From IMG/VR virus record IMGVR_UViG_3300037467_000874: a DNA stretch of 64,000 bases, one strand, 5' to 3'. Below the pieces are notes generated by a model. That model did no database searches. It was not told where the DNA came from and worked only from the letters and a program-made list of their open reading frames with translations. This document shows positions 31,430-40,624 of this stretch, piece by piece; the stretch's first letter is position 1; every line of letters starts with the position of its first letter. The DNA is from an uncultured virus (IMG/VR IMGVR_UViG_3300037467_000874) (taxonomy: Duplodnaviria > Heunggongvirae > Uroviricota > Caudoviricetes). The translations under genes and the position numbers were made by a program.

Positions 31430-31916
31430 TTTACAAACTGGAGATATTTTATTTATTCGCGGACACTCTCCAATATCAAGTTTAATTAAATATTTTGACG
31501 GCGAATATTCTCATTGTGCCATAGTTGTTTCAGACTGTGGCACAAGAATATTGGAGTCGCAAAGATTTGTAAAATCAAGGATTTGCTCTTTAAAATATAC
31601 TGATCTTGATTTTGTAAGTATGAATCTAAATTCACAACAAAAAGAGAAGCTTCGCGAAGTTGCAATTAGGTTTTGTGATTTTGGATATGATTATAAGAAG
31701 TTTATTGGATATGCGATAGAGAAGATTTTTAAGTTCAAGAAAAGTCATTATCTTGATTCAAACTACCACTTCTTATGTTCAGAGCTTATTGAATTAGTTA
31801 TTGGATTAATTGGTGCAATACCTATAGATAAAAACTTTGGAGACAAAACACCCAATGAGTTGTTTGAATTTTTAATAAACAATGGAAACACAGTGCGAGT
31901 TCTAAACAATACTTAG
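31419..31916 (+). CDS. Permuted papain-like amidase (YiiX/YebB-like)
   Basis: LQTGDILF, YSHCAI, GYD, FLCSELI, TP. Confidence 0.8.
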   Translation: MYGNLQTGDILFIRGHSPISSLIKYFDGEYSHCAIVVSDCGTRILESQRFVKSRICSLKYTDLDFVSMNLNSQQKEKLREVAIRFCDFGYDYKKFIGYAIEKIFKFKKSHYLDSNYHFLCSELIELVIGLIGAIPIDKNFGDKTPNELFEFLINNGNTVRVLNNT

Positions 31917-31917
31917 A

Positions 31918-31946
31918 TTGACAAATATAGTATATAATGGTATAAT
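31918..31946 (+). promoter_or_regulatory. Sigma-A promoter upstream of the lysis cassette
   Basis: TTGACA-17-TATAAT with TG. Confidence 0.85.
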
Positions 31947-31957
31947 ATCAATAGAAT

Positions 31958-31989
31958 GGAGGGCGAGAAATTGGCTCTCCTATTTTTTC
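31958..31989 (+). terminator. Intrinsic terminator downstream of the promoter
   Basis: GGAGGGC-9 nt loop-GCTCTCC then TATTTTTT. Confidence 0.6.
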
Positions 31990-32020
31990 ATTATATCGAA
32001 AAGGAAAGGCGGTCTGCTTA

Positions 32021-32305
32021 ATGTCAGATTATACAAATAAAGAATTGCTTGAAGCTATTTACGAAGTAAGAGATAGGGTAACAAGAATAGAAGAAAAACT
32101 GAATCGTGCTGAAAAGATGGAAGATAAAGTTGAATTAGCTATTGACAAAGCTCAAGACGCAAAAGACAAGGCAGAAGATGCAATGGCAATTGCTAAAAAA
32201 AATGAAGAAGATATTAAGGCAATTAAGGCAAATAATAAATGGGCTTGGGGCTTCGTTATTACTTTGGCAATTGGAATAATCAGTGCTTACTTTGGACTTA
32301 AGTAA
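32021..32305 (+). CDS. XhlA-like membrane lysis protein
   Basis: Coiled coil, then NKWAWG and a C-terminal TM helix. Confidence 0.75.
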   Translation: MSDYTNKELLEAIYEVRDRVTRIEEKLNRAEKMEDKVELAIDKAQDAKDKAEDAMAIAKKNEEDIKAIKANNKWAWGFVITLAIGIISAYFGLK

Positions 32306-32323
32306 AATAACCTTTGAAAGAAG

Positions 32324-32611
32324 GTGGATAAAATGAATTGGTTTGAAAGACTGTTCAGTGTTGATGAAATGAGAGTTTCAGCACTTGTTATTTGTTTGAT
32401 TGCTGTTGTTACAGCTTGTCTTGTTTCTTGTTTCTTGCTTGGAGATATAAATGGAAATCTTTTAACTTTAGCAGAAGGACTTGTGTACACTGTAGGCGGA
32501 GTTACCGCTGTCAATGGAATTAAAACTATTATTTCTGGCAACAGTTCAAATACTACTACAACTGGTGATATTCCAGTAGAAACAGAGGACGAACAAAAGC
32601 CAGTAATCTAA
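32324..32611 (+). CDS. Holin-like 2-TM protein (start probably ATG 32333)
   Basis: Two hydrophobic segments; lies before the endolysin. Confidence 0.6.
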   Translation: MDKMNWFERLFSVDEMRVSALVICLIAVVTACLVSCFLLGDINGNLLTLAEGLVYTVGGVTAVNGIKTIISGNSSNTTTTGDIPVETEDEQKPVI

Positions 32612-32619
32612 GAAAGGAG

Positions 32620-33504
32620 ATGCTAGATATGACTACAGGGAATTTAATTGTTGATGAGATTCTAGCTTATAACAACTATTTTGTTAGAAATGATTTTATC
32701 AAACCGTCACAATGGACTAGAACGCAAAAAAGAATTGTTCCAAAAGGACTCGTAATTCATTGGACAGCAAATACAAGTTCTGGTGCTACGGCACAAGCCA
32801 ATAGAAATTTCTTCAATAACAGGACAGGAACTTATGGTTCCGCTCACTTAGTTGGAGACTCCAGAGAGATTATTGCCGCATTGCCATATATGCCAAATGA
32901 TGTAGAACAGGCTTATCATGTAGGTGCTAATACATATTATACAAAGCAATTTGGTAGTTATCCTAATGATGGAAGTATTGGATATGAAATGTGTGTAAAT
33001 AAAGATGGCAATTTCAGAGAGTCTTATAAAAGAGCAGTTTGGACAATGGCTTACTTGTGTAAAGTATATGGGTTTAGTCCAAATGAAGATATTCTTAGAC
33101 ATTACGATGTAACACACAAAGATTGTCCTATGCCAATGCTTGATATGGTCTATGACAACAACCATTTTAAAGGTGTTGGATGGTCTGATACTGATAGAGT
33201 ATGGATTCAAAATAACTTAAAGATTGATGGTATTCAGGGTGAAAATCTTTGGTCCAAATTCAAATCAGATATTACACTTCTAATGAAGTACATTGACTCT
33301 AAAGGGAAAAGTATATTGAAAGTTGAGGCGGTAAAAATGGAACAGTGGAAACTTGACACGTTGAAGAAGCTCGCAAGTTATAAGCAAGTAAGTGGTGAAG
33401 CGATGATTGATTACGATACTTGGAAAGATAAGCTTAATGACAATGCTCCAGTCTGGCTGATGTTGGAGCTTATGAAACGAGTAATTGAAAAGGTGGATAA
33501 ATAA
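32620..33504 (+). CDS. Endolysin, N-acetylmuramoyl-L-alanine amidase (Amidase_2)
   Basis: LVIHWTAN, SAH, AYHVG, SIGYEMC, RHYDVTHKDCP. Confidence 0.92.
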   Translation: MLDMTTGNLIVDEILAYNNYFVRNDFIKPSQWTRTQKRIVPKGLVIHWTANTSSGATAQANRNFFNNRTGTYGSAHLVGDSREIIAALPYMPNDVEQAYHVGANTYYTKQFGSYPNDGSIGYEMCVNKDGNFRESYKRAVWTMAYLCKVYGFSPNEDILRHYDVTHKDCPMPMLDMVYDNNHFKGVGWSDTDRVWIQNNLKIDGIQGENLWSKFKSDITLLMKYIDSKGKSILKVEAVKMEQWKLDTLKKLASYKQVSGEAMIDYDTWKDKLNDNAPVWLMLELMKRVIEKVDK

Positions 33505-33505
33505 T

Positions 33506-33913
33506 ATGGAACTGATGACAATTGGACTTATTGCCTTGATTGTAATTGCTGTTCTTGGAATAGGGTATTTCTTAATTCCTTTCCTGAAAAGAAAGGGATG
33601 GTTCAGTACTGAAGATGCAAAAGGTACGACACAACTGATGGAGCTTATTGGTGCAATTCTTAAAAATGTTGATTTTAATAATAAGAATTTGCAAGATAAA
33701 GTAAATCTTATTTTTGAAATTACTGAAACTTCTGTAAAGTATGTTGAGCAGACAATGACTACTGAAGACAATAGTAAGAAAAAGGAGTATGCAGTTAGTA
33801 CTGTTGAGCAAATTCTTGCACAACTCAATATTGAGCTTACAGATGAAATTAAGCACTTGATTGAAGTTGGAATTGAAAGCGCTGTAAATAGTCTTCCTGC
33901 TACAAATAAATAA
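33506..33913 (+). CDS. Holin, LL-H-like (start moved to ATG 33506)
   Basis: N-terminal TM; V.YVEQ..KKEYA..IESAV pattern. Confidence 0.75.
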   Translation: MELMTIGLIALIVIAVLGIGYFLIPFLKRKGWFSTEDAKGTTQLMELIGAILKNVDFNNKNLQDKVNLIFEITETSVKYVEQTMTTEDNSKKKEYAVSTVEQILAQLNIELTDEIKHLIEVGIESAVNSLPATNK

Positions 33914-33940
33914 TTTAAATAATATTAGGAGGTTTTTATA

Positions 33941-34201
33941 ATGGCAAATGGATATCTTGGTAATGGTGGAACAAGCACGGCAAATCTTGAATTGGTGGTA
34001 GCTCCTACTGGTTGGTCCCCTGTAGTATTCTACAAATTTTCTTTTTACAATGAGCAGGCTTGTACTGTGAAAATTAATGGCTCTGGTGCAATTCCTCTCC
34101 GTGCTGGTCAAGGATTTGAAAGTGGAGTTGAAGATGCAAAGATTAAATCTTTCATTATTGTTGAATCTGGCATCGACTACAACTGGATTGGCGCACACTA
34201 A
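33941..34201 (+). CDS. Small beta-rich hypothetical protein
   Basis: RBS AGGAGG; followed by a terminator. Confidence 0.7.
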   Translation: MANGYLGNGGTSTANLELVVAPTGWSPVVFYKFSFYNEQACTVKINGSGAIPLRAGQGFESGVEDAKIKSFIIVESGIDYNWIGAH

Positions 34202-34211
34202 TAAAATAAAT

Positions 34212-34247
34212 AAAAGAGGATGAATTTTATTATTCATCCTCTTTTTA
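34212..34247 (+). terminator. Intrinsic terminator (possibly bidirectional)
   Basis: AAAAGAGGATGAAT-tttatt-ATTCATCCTCTTTT. Confidence 0.8.
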
Positions 34248-34270
34248 TACATCATGAGGAGGAATTTAAA

Positions 34271-36457
34271 ATGGGATTGTTTTCAAAAAAGTTTGATACT
34301 ATCAAAGAGAATGAAAATATAATTAGTGTTACACTTCATGGCGCTATAGGTAATGGAATAGCAGATGACACTAATGCAATCCAAGATGCAATCATCGAAG
34401 CAAATAAGAAGGGAATTAATGCTGTTTATTTTCCTACTCCATCAGTAGCATATATGGTAGATGTAAGTAAGCCAATAATTGTTCCGTCTAACATGAAGCT
34501 TTTTGGCAACAAGGGATTAAGTGTAATTAAAATTATTCCAACAACTGTTAAGAATGATCCAAATTATTTTTATAAAGGAATAAATTCAATATTTGTCCCC
34601 GGGACATATAACAATAAAAATGCTTTTACAAAGGATGCATTTGGCTACAATATTCATTTTGATGGATTAGTTCTTGATGGGAATTATAGCATGATTGATC
34701 AAACTGGTTTTTTGAAAGAAGCAAATAGCTTTGGATTTAAATGTTTGTATGTTAAAAAATTGAGTATTACAAATTGTGAAGCAAGAAATTTTATTGGATC
34801 AGGAATATATACTTTTGGATGTACCCAAGTAACAATTGATAAAAATCATGTTCATCACAATGGACAATTTGTATACAATGGATTCAATGGATACACATAT
34901 GCAAATGGAGTCAATCGTAATGGTATTTCATTAGCTGGCGGATACTTAGGCGTTCAAAGTATTCAAGAAAAGCCTTATTCATATGATTATACTGTTTCAA
35001 ATAATATTGTACACGACAATATTGACGAAGGAATTATGTATTCATATCAAAAAAGACTTCTTATCATTGGCAATACAGTACATAACAATGGAGATAAAGG
35101 TATTGAAGGAGATATTGGGTATACAACAACTGATACTCAAGATGATAATGTTGGGAATGACATTCCCGGCGATATCAGCATTATTTCAAACTTTATCTAT
35201 GATCATCCTCATAGTGCTATTACTCACTCTTCATCAAACATGGCTAAAATCAAAGTTAGTAACAATGTAATTCGTAACTGTGGGCAATATGGGGTATTCC
35301 TTGAACAGAATGACAAGTCATCTATGGTTGTAACTGAAAATATCATTTATAACTATGGAACTGAGGTTGCTGGCGACGGAACAAATTATCATGCAATTTC
35401 AATTACTGGACATTATGTAAAGATTTCCGATAATTATATCCATGCTCCAATTTATGATTTCAACATTCCAAGCAATGGAGGAACATCAACAGGAAGTGGT
35501 ATTAGTGTAGCTAGAGCCTATACTTGCACAATTCAGGATAATACAATTATTGGCGGCGGGAAGCTTGGTATTAATGTGGACATTTGGAAAATGGGTGATC
35601 TTGGCGAGACTATGAACAACCTGACTTTACAAGGAAACAATATTTATCAGGTTCACAGACAAGGTATATATATTAATGCAAATCTTCTAACAAGAATAAA
35701 TCAAGTAACTTTGAGTGAAAACGTTATTAATAATTATCAAACTGGTTATAATTACGCTGATGGTTCAAGCTATACATTGTATAGTGGTATTGATTTTGGT
35801 TCAAACACTAGAATTCAATCTTTAACCGCTGTGGGTAATAGCGTTTATCAAGATACTGACAATACTATTATCATTTCTACTGGACTTCCACTTGGTAAAA
35901 AAGTTGGTCAAAACGCCATGAACCTTCCTTCTACTGTTGATTACGTTGTTAACTGCGTCATTACTGGTAATGAGCTTGCTTACGGAGGACAATTTGCATC
36001 ATTGAACAACGATGATAAACCACAATTTACAACAATTTCTGGCAATAGTATTTTTGGCAAACGTATTATGTATGCTTCAGCAGTTCCAACAGGAACTGTT
36101 AAACAATATTACAGGGGAGACATTATTTTTAATACTGCTCCATCTCAAGGAGGTTCTATTGGTTGGGTATGTACTGCTAGTGGAAAAGTTGGAACATGGG
36201 TTGAATTTGGCTCCGTCAAACAACAAAGATCAGGTCAATTGGTTTATAATGGAGATGGTTCAAGTACAACAAAAACAATTGCTCATGGACTTTCAGCTAC
36301 GCCTACCGCGTACTTTGTACAAGCTGTTAGTATTGATGCTGGCAATGCTGTAGTTAAGCGTGTAACTGCTGATTCAACAAATCTAACGATAACATTTGCA
36401 ACTGCACCAATTGCAGGAACAAATAATGTAACGCTAAATTGGAGAGCAGAGGTTTAA
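34271..36457 (+). CDS. Right-handed beta-helix protein, putative depolymerase (start moved to ATG 34271)
   Basis: GAIGNGIADDTNAIQDAI pectate-lyase-3 start, many I..N.I repeats, GWVCTASG..GTW; RBS GAGGAGG. Confidence 0.82.
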   Translation: MGLFSKKFDTIKENENIISVTLHGAIGNGIADDTNAIQDAIIEANKKGINAVYFPTPSVAYMVDVSKPIIVPSNMKLFGNKGLSVIKIIPTTVKNDPNYFYKGINSIFVPGTYNNKNAFTKDAFGYNIHFDGLVLDGNYSMIDQTGFLKEANSFGFKCLYVKKLSITNCEARNFIGSGIYTFGCTQVTIDKNHVHHNGQFVYNGFNGYTYANGVNRNGISLAGGYLGVQSIQEKPYSYDYTVSNNIVHDNIDEGIMYSYQKRLLIIGNTVHNNGDKGIEGDIGYTTTDTQDDNVGNDIPGDISIISNFIYDHPHSAITHSSSNMAKIKVSNNVIRNCGQYGVFLEQNDKSSMVVTENIIYNYGTEVAGDGTNYHAISITGHYVKISDNYIHAPIYDFNIPSNGGTSTGSGISVARAYTCTIQDNTIIGGGKLGINVDIWKMGDLGETMNNLTLQGNNIYQVHRQGIYINANLLTRINQVTLSENVINNYQTGYNYADGSSYTLYSGIDFGSNTRIQSLTAVGNSVYQDTDNTIIISTGLPLGKKVGQNAMNLPSTVDYVVNCVITGNELAYGGQFASLNNDDKPQFTTISGNSIFGKRIMYASAVPTGTVKQYYRGDIIFNTAPSQGGSIGWVCTASGKVGTWVEFGSVKQQRSGQLVYNGDGSSTTKTIAHGLSATPTAYFVQAVSIDAGNAVVKRVTADSTNLTITFATAPIAGTNNVTLNWRAEV

Positions 36458-36464
36458 TTATAAA

Positions 36465-36505
36465 TAAAAAGCCACTAAATCATTTAGATTTAGTGGCTTT
36501 CTTTG
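36465..36505. terminator. Bidirectional terminator where the two gene blocks converge
   Basis: AAAGCCACTAAATC-attta-GATTTAGTGGCTTT flanked by A and T tracts. Confidence 0.85.
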
Positions 36506-37082
36506 TTTCTGATTTCTTTGTATATTTACCACATACCATATCAACAATCTCTTCTTGTATTCTTCCTTCTTTGGCCTTCGATAAGATAGAGCAATTATTT
36601 CCATATCTCTTGCATGATTTGCAAACGCTTTCAAATGAGTGTAACTGAGCCTCGTCATCGAAGATACCAATGTAGTCTACAGCGTGGATATAAAGCTCTA
36701 CACGCGGCTCTGTAGTCGTGTAGTAGATACGCTGAGTCCTAATCAGGATGCGTGAGTCATTGTCGTATACAATCTTCTCCAGAGCGTCACAGAGTAACTT
36801 ATAGATATTATTATCGTCTCTGTTGGTACGATTGAAATATATGGTAGCATCCATGTACAGGAAATTATTTTTAGTCCATTCATAATCCCAAGTTTGTTTA
36901 GTTATTTGCTTATTAGCAGCTTTTTGAATAAGCTTCTTGGACATCATTCCAGCCTTGCTTAATATTCTTGCACCTGTAGGCTCACTTCTTTTCGTCTTGG
37001 GATTGTACGAATATTTATTAATATATAATTGGTTAAGGCTAACAGGCAAGGGCAGTACTAATTTTAATTCCATGATAATCAC
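36480..37082 (-). CDS. rusA: RusA-like Holliday junction resolvase with Cys-rich C-terminus (start probably ATG 37073)
   Basis: LPLPVSLN, RDDNNIYKLLCDAL, YDNDS, PRVEL. Confidence 0.8.
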   Translation of the reverse strand: MIIMELKLVLPLPVSLNQLYINKYSYNPKTKRSEPTGARILSKAGMMSKKLIQKAANKQITKQTWDYEWTKNNFLYMDATIYFNRTNRDDNNIYKLLCDALEKIVYDNDSRILIRTQRIYYTTTEPRVELYIHAVDYIGIFDDEAQLHSFESVCKSCKRYGNNCSILSKAKEGRIQEEIVDMVCGKYTKKSETKKATKSK

Positions 37083-37092
37083 CTTTTTCTCT

Positions 37093-37176
37093 GAAATGAA
37101 AATAAGCGAACCCCCTTTCAGGATAGTTCGCTTTAATTTATAACTATATTATATCATTTATTCTTATATTTGTCAA
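37093..37176 (-). promoter_or_regulatory. Sigma-A promoter followed by an intrinsic terminator
   Basis: TTGACA(37176)-17-TATAAT; then AAGCGAAC...GTTCGCTT and ATTTTC. Confidence 0.75.
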
Positions 37177-37712
37177 ACAGTATGCACTTCAATGATTGAT
37201 GTGATGACACAGATTGCCTTACTTATGTCGCCATATTCATTCTTAACAACATAATCGCAATTTTCTAATGCATCATATTGTTCGTCTTCGAAAGTCTCTA
37301 AACGCTGGTGAACTTTGATTAAAGAATCGCCTCTTTCAATCATAGCTCTTGTGCAATGTTCTTTGGTTGTCTTGATGAAGATAGAAGTACAGTAAGGATA
37401 AATAGCTTTAAGCTGTTGAAGTCCATTAATGTCAACAATAGCAAATGCATGATCTTTTTTAAGCTTTGATTCAATTTCATGGTATGATAGGCCGTAGTAG
37501 TTTCCAGAATATTTAGTATGTTCTATAAGAAGACCATCGTCAAAAGCAGATTTGAATTCATCCTCAGTAACAAACACGTAATCTACTCCATTAACTTCGC
37601 CTTCTCGTTGTTCTCTAGTTGTACAGGATACGATCTCATTTTTCATTACAGACCTCATGACAGTGGTTTTTCCACTGCCAGAAGGCCCAACGATAAGGAA
37701 CAGATTGTTCAA
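37173..37712 (-). CDS. gmk: Guanylate kinase-like protein
   Basis: GPSGSGKT, SCTTREQREGEVNGVDYVF, YSGNYYG. Confidence 0.9.
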   Translation of the reverse strand: MNNLFLIVGPSGSGKTTVMRSVMKNEIVSCTTREQREGEVNGVDYVFVTEDEFKSAFDDGLLIEHTKYSGNYYGLSYHEIESKLKKDHAFAIVDINGLQQLKAIYPYCTSIFIKTTKEHCTRAMIERGDSLIKVHQRLETFEDEQYDALENCDYVVKNEYGDISKAICVITSIIEVHTV

Positions 37713-37725
37713 GTTAATTCCCCCT

Positions 37726-38292
37726 TTATATCCAAGCTACAGGCTCAGTAATAACTTCGTCAATGATTCCGTATTTAACTGCTTCCTCGGCAGGAATAAA
37801 CCAATTGATTTTACGTTCGCGGACAGAAAGAAGTTTATCTCTTAAAACTGTAGTCTTCTCAAGAATGTAAGCATCATTTCTGTCTTGAAGAACTTCTGCA
37901 TTCTCAAGTCCCTCTTTAACTTCTGTGATTGATCCTTGAGCACCAGTAATAACTTCATGATACATAAAAGTAGCTCGCTTGTGTGCAAGTCGCGTATGGC
38001 AAGACAAGAAAATTGGGAGGGCCATACTCATAACACTTCCAATAGCCAATCCGACAATTGGTGTTCCAGACATTTCAATAGCCGCAATAAGTGCCCACCC
38101 ATCATATACAACACCACCGTAGCAGTTAATGATAATTACAATAGGTTTACGTTCAAAGTTTTTAGCATCTTTCTCATAAGCATCATCTTCCATATTATAT
38201 TCGATAATACTTTTCACCAGACTGTTAACAGTGCTGTTATTTACGTATTCTCCAAGTATAAGGAGTCTATTTCCAGATGTTGTAACTGCCAT
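37726..38292 (-). CDS. clpP: ClpP-like protease
   Basis: INCYGG.V..G, VMSMA (Ser), FMYHE (His), AEEAVKYGIIDE. Confidence 0.85.
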   Translation of the reverse strand: MAVTTSGNRLLILGEYVNNSTVNSLVKSIIEYNMEDDAYEKDAKNFERKPIVIIINCYGGVVYDGWALIAAIEMSGTPIVGLAIGSVMSMALPIFLSCHTRLAHKRATFMYHEVITGAQGSITEVKEGLENAEVLQDRNDAYILEKTTVLRDKLLSVRERKINWFIPAEEAVKYGIIDEVITEPVAWI

Positions 38293-38326
38293 AGTAAATT
38301 CCTTCTCTCTATTTTTGTATGTGATA

Positions 38327-38494
38327 TTAAAAATATACGTTATGAACTACTTCTCCATCAATTCGAACTGACAAAATATGATCAGGATCAGAATCATACC
38401 AAGCATATACTTCACTAATGTCAATTGTGATTTCGCCAGTGCTGAACATTTCTCTTAATACTTCTTTGACAATATTTTTATTTAGATTCTCCAT
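38327..38494 (-). CDS. Hypothetical protein, 55 aa (not in ORF track)
   Basis: MENLNKNIVKEVLREMF...HNVYF*; RBS GGAGGT; fills a gap. Confidence 0.6.
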   Translation of the reverse strand: MENLNKNIVKEVLREMFSTGEITIDISEVYAWYDSDPDHILSVRIDGEVVHNVYF

Positions 38495-38744
38495 CTTTCA
38501 ATACCTCCAAGGTATAGCGGGAATTTTTAGTTTCGAAAATTAAATAATCTTCGTCGTTAATAATAATCTCTTGAACTTTGGTAGTTTGCGTAGTGCTATA
38601 ATCAGGATTAACAAAAATGATTACGCTTCCCTCTTCTGGTGCAAACATCAATTCTACTTCTCTGCCAATTCGATTACGATGAATTGCTACTTCACAAGGT
38701 TCAAGTGTTTCAAGATTGATAACGCTGACGATTTTATATTTCAT
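38478..38744 (-). CDS. Hypothetical protein
   Basis: RBS AAGGAG; FETKNSRY C-terminal motif. Confidence 0.7.
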   Translation of the reverse strand: MKYKIVSVINLETLEPCEVAIHRNRIGREVELMFAPEEGSVIIFVNPDYSTTQTTKVQEIIINDEDYLIFETKNSRYTLEVLKDGESK

Positions 38745-38773
38745 TTGTACAGTCTCCTTAGTAAGTGTTTTTA

Positions 38774-39019
38774 TTAGTTTACGGCAAGGTAAATTGCAAG
38801 AATTTGTCTTTCATGAAGATCAATATCTCCATTGGCAATATCAGAGTTGTCATACCATCCTTTTTTTACAATTTGAGCAATAGAGTCTTCAACAATGTTG
38901 ATGTACTCCCAACTTGGCAATTCTCTCAAATATTTAATAACATCATCACTTGAAAATTCTTTTTCAATAGAATCTTCACGGACATATGTTACACCATTAA
39001 TAGTAATTTTATCATCCAT
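38774..39019 (-). CDS. Hypothetical protein
   Basis: Overlapping start; acidic. Confidence 0.65.
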   Translation of the reverse strand: MDDKITINGVTYVREDSIEKEFSSDDVIKYLRELPSWEYINIVEDSIAQIVKKGWYDNSDIANGDIDLHERQILAIYLAVN

Positions 39020-39380
39020 AGTTTATCACCCTTAGTTTTAAATTGTATTTTTTAGCCATTTTTATCATGTGTCCAGTCCCATTACTTTCACCATCATAAA
39101 AGCATATACAAGCATCAGCATATTTAGCCATTTCTTCATTTCGAATAAGTCCAGCATGTTTACCAATATTCCAATCAGGAATAAATCTTTTGATCAAATA
39201 CCTTTTTTCTTTAGCATATCTTTCTCCTAATTTATCTGCTCCCCTTGCTCCACCTGAAACAATTTCAATGGGAATTGAGATATCATTTAGGATTAAATCA
39301 AGTTTCTTTTTTAAAAGATTATAATCATTAAATCCTCTTGAGCCAGCAATTACAACTTTAAAAGTTTCTATTTTCATCAT
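39012..39380 (-). CDS. YspA/cpYpsA-related SLOG protein (DUF2493)
   Basis: VVIAGSRGF, IVSGGARGAD, AGLIRNEEMA, FYDGESNGT. Confidence 0.85.
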   Translation of the reverse strand: MMKIETFKVVIAGSRGFNDYNLLKKKLDLILNDISIPIEIVSGGARGADKLGERYAKEKRYLIKRFIPDWNIGKHAGLIRNEEMAKYADACICFYDGESNGTGHMIKMAKKYNLKLRVINYG

Positions 39381-39570
39381 CTACTTCAATAACATCATCA
39401 ACGTCACAATCAGTCATTTCGGCATTCTTCATTTCTTCGTAGCCAATATGTTGATCAATAATTGCCTCTTGATATCCGTATGACAACCCTTCCCACTCTT
39501 CTTCGGTCATGTCGATTTCAACATTAAAGTAAACCATAAATCTTGCATCTCCACTAACTCTAATCATCAA
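39358..39570 (-). CDS. Small acidic hypothetical protein
   Basis: RBS GGAGG; tight packing. Confidence 0.6.
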   Translation of the reverse strand: MMIRVSGDARFMVYFNVEIDMTEEEWEGLSYGYQEAIIDQHIGYEEMKNAEMTDCDVDDVIEVDDENRNF

Positions 39571-39837
39571 TCAACAACCTCCATTCGATTTGTATATAGC
39601 CAATTCACTTTGTAATGCTTCTACCCTTGCTGTTTGAATAAAGAGCAAATCCTTTGCCAAATTAAGAAGATATTTATTTATAATTACGTCATCAATGAAT
39701 TCTTGACTAGCATTACCAGAGCCAAGTTCTTCTTTTGCTTGCACAATTGCAAGCTTAAGATAAGTTTCAATGAATAAATCACGACTTGACAACTCATTAA
39801 TTTTTTCTAGCAGTTTTTTAGCTTCTTCTCTTTGCAT
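39571..39837 (-). CDS. Hypothetical protein
   Basis: RBS GGGAGG. Confidence 0.65.
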   Translation of the reverse strand: MQREEAKKLLEKINELSSRDLFIETYLKLAIVQAKEELGSGNASQEFIDDVIINKYLLNLAKDLLFIQTARVEALQSELAIYKSNGGC

Positions 39838-39859
39838 TAGGTTTAATGCCTCCCAAATT

Positions 39860-40126
39860 TTAAATAAAATAATCTCTTTTTGTCATTTTTGTTATTCTAC
39901 GATGTTCAGGATCAATAAGTTCTGGCTTAATATTGTTATTAAGCCAAATATCAGCTTCTCTTTCTGTCTTGAATTGAAGTTGATTATCCAAATCATCTGT
40001 AAAAAATCTTTCTTGATCATAATCGTATTCATCAAACCATTGCACGCATGCGACTGTTAACAAGCCATTCCTCATTTGATAAATTTTATAGTAAACATCA
40101 TTATAAGAATCATAATAAGAATCCAT
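39860..40126 (-). CDS. Hypothetical protein
   Basis: RBS GGGGAG after a promoter. Confidence 0.65.
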   Translation of the reverse strand: MDSYYDSYNDVYYKIYQMRNGLLTVACVQWFDEYDYDQERFFTDDLDNQLQFKTEREADIWLNNNIKPELIDPEHRRITKMTKRDYFI

Positions 40127-40160
40127 AATTTACATCTCCCCTGTTTTTCAATGTAAATCT

Positions 40161-40189
40161 ATTTTATCTTATATTTGTTAAAATGTCAA
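40161..40189 (-). promoter_or_regulatory. Sigma-A promoter overlapping the repeated box
   Basis: TTGACA-17-TAAAAT; AAATATAAGATAAAAT ends on the -10. Confidence 0.75.
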
Positions 40190-40197
40190 GAACTTTT

Positions 40198-40608
40198 TTA
40201 ATTATCTTGGTTAAGGAGGCGAATAAAGTCAACCGATTCCGAATAGTAGCCATTGGAATAGCCGTACCAACGAATGGTTACATATCCTTTAATTGTAGCG
40301 AACTTATAGAACGTCCAAGTAGAACTTTCATAACTATATTCGTCATTTATGCTTCCGTCTTCGCTAATCTCTTCTGCCATCAGAATAGGAGTCCCAATCA
40401 AATCATTCAAATCTCCAGAGATATCTTCAATTGAAACAGATTCACAACAATTTTGATCATGAAACATAACATATTTATCATCTTCTGAAGTTGTGAAAAT
40501 AATATAATCATCTTCACCATCGTCACGCAATTCAATATTAACAATAATCTTTCCAAGCAATTCTTCAACATCAACATTAAAGCGGTCTTTATAAGGATAC
40601 CATACCAT
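40198..40608 (-). CDS. Conserved phage acidic protein (HDQxCCE / SNGYYSE family)
   Basis: HDQNCCESV.IEDI.GDL, SSTWTFYK, RWYGYSNGYYSE. Confidence 0.75.
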   Translation of the reverse strand: MVWYPYKDRFNVDVEELLGKIIVNIELRDDGEDDYIIFTTSEDDKYVMFHDQNCCESVSIEDISGDLNDLIGTPILMAEEISEDGSINDEYSYESSTWTFYKFATIKGYVTIRWYGYSNGYYSESVDFIRLLNQDN

Positions 40609-40624
40609 TCAAAATATCTCCCTT

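Noticed and set aside
33506..33517. Holin/antiholin dual start (M-E-L-M)
   Set aside because: Lacks the positively charged residue of lambda S-type dual starts; no supporting structure seen.
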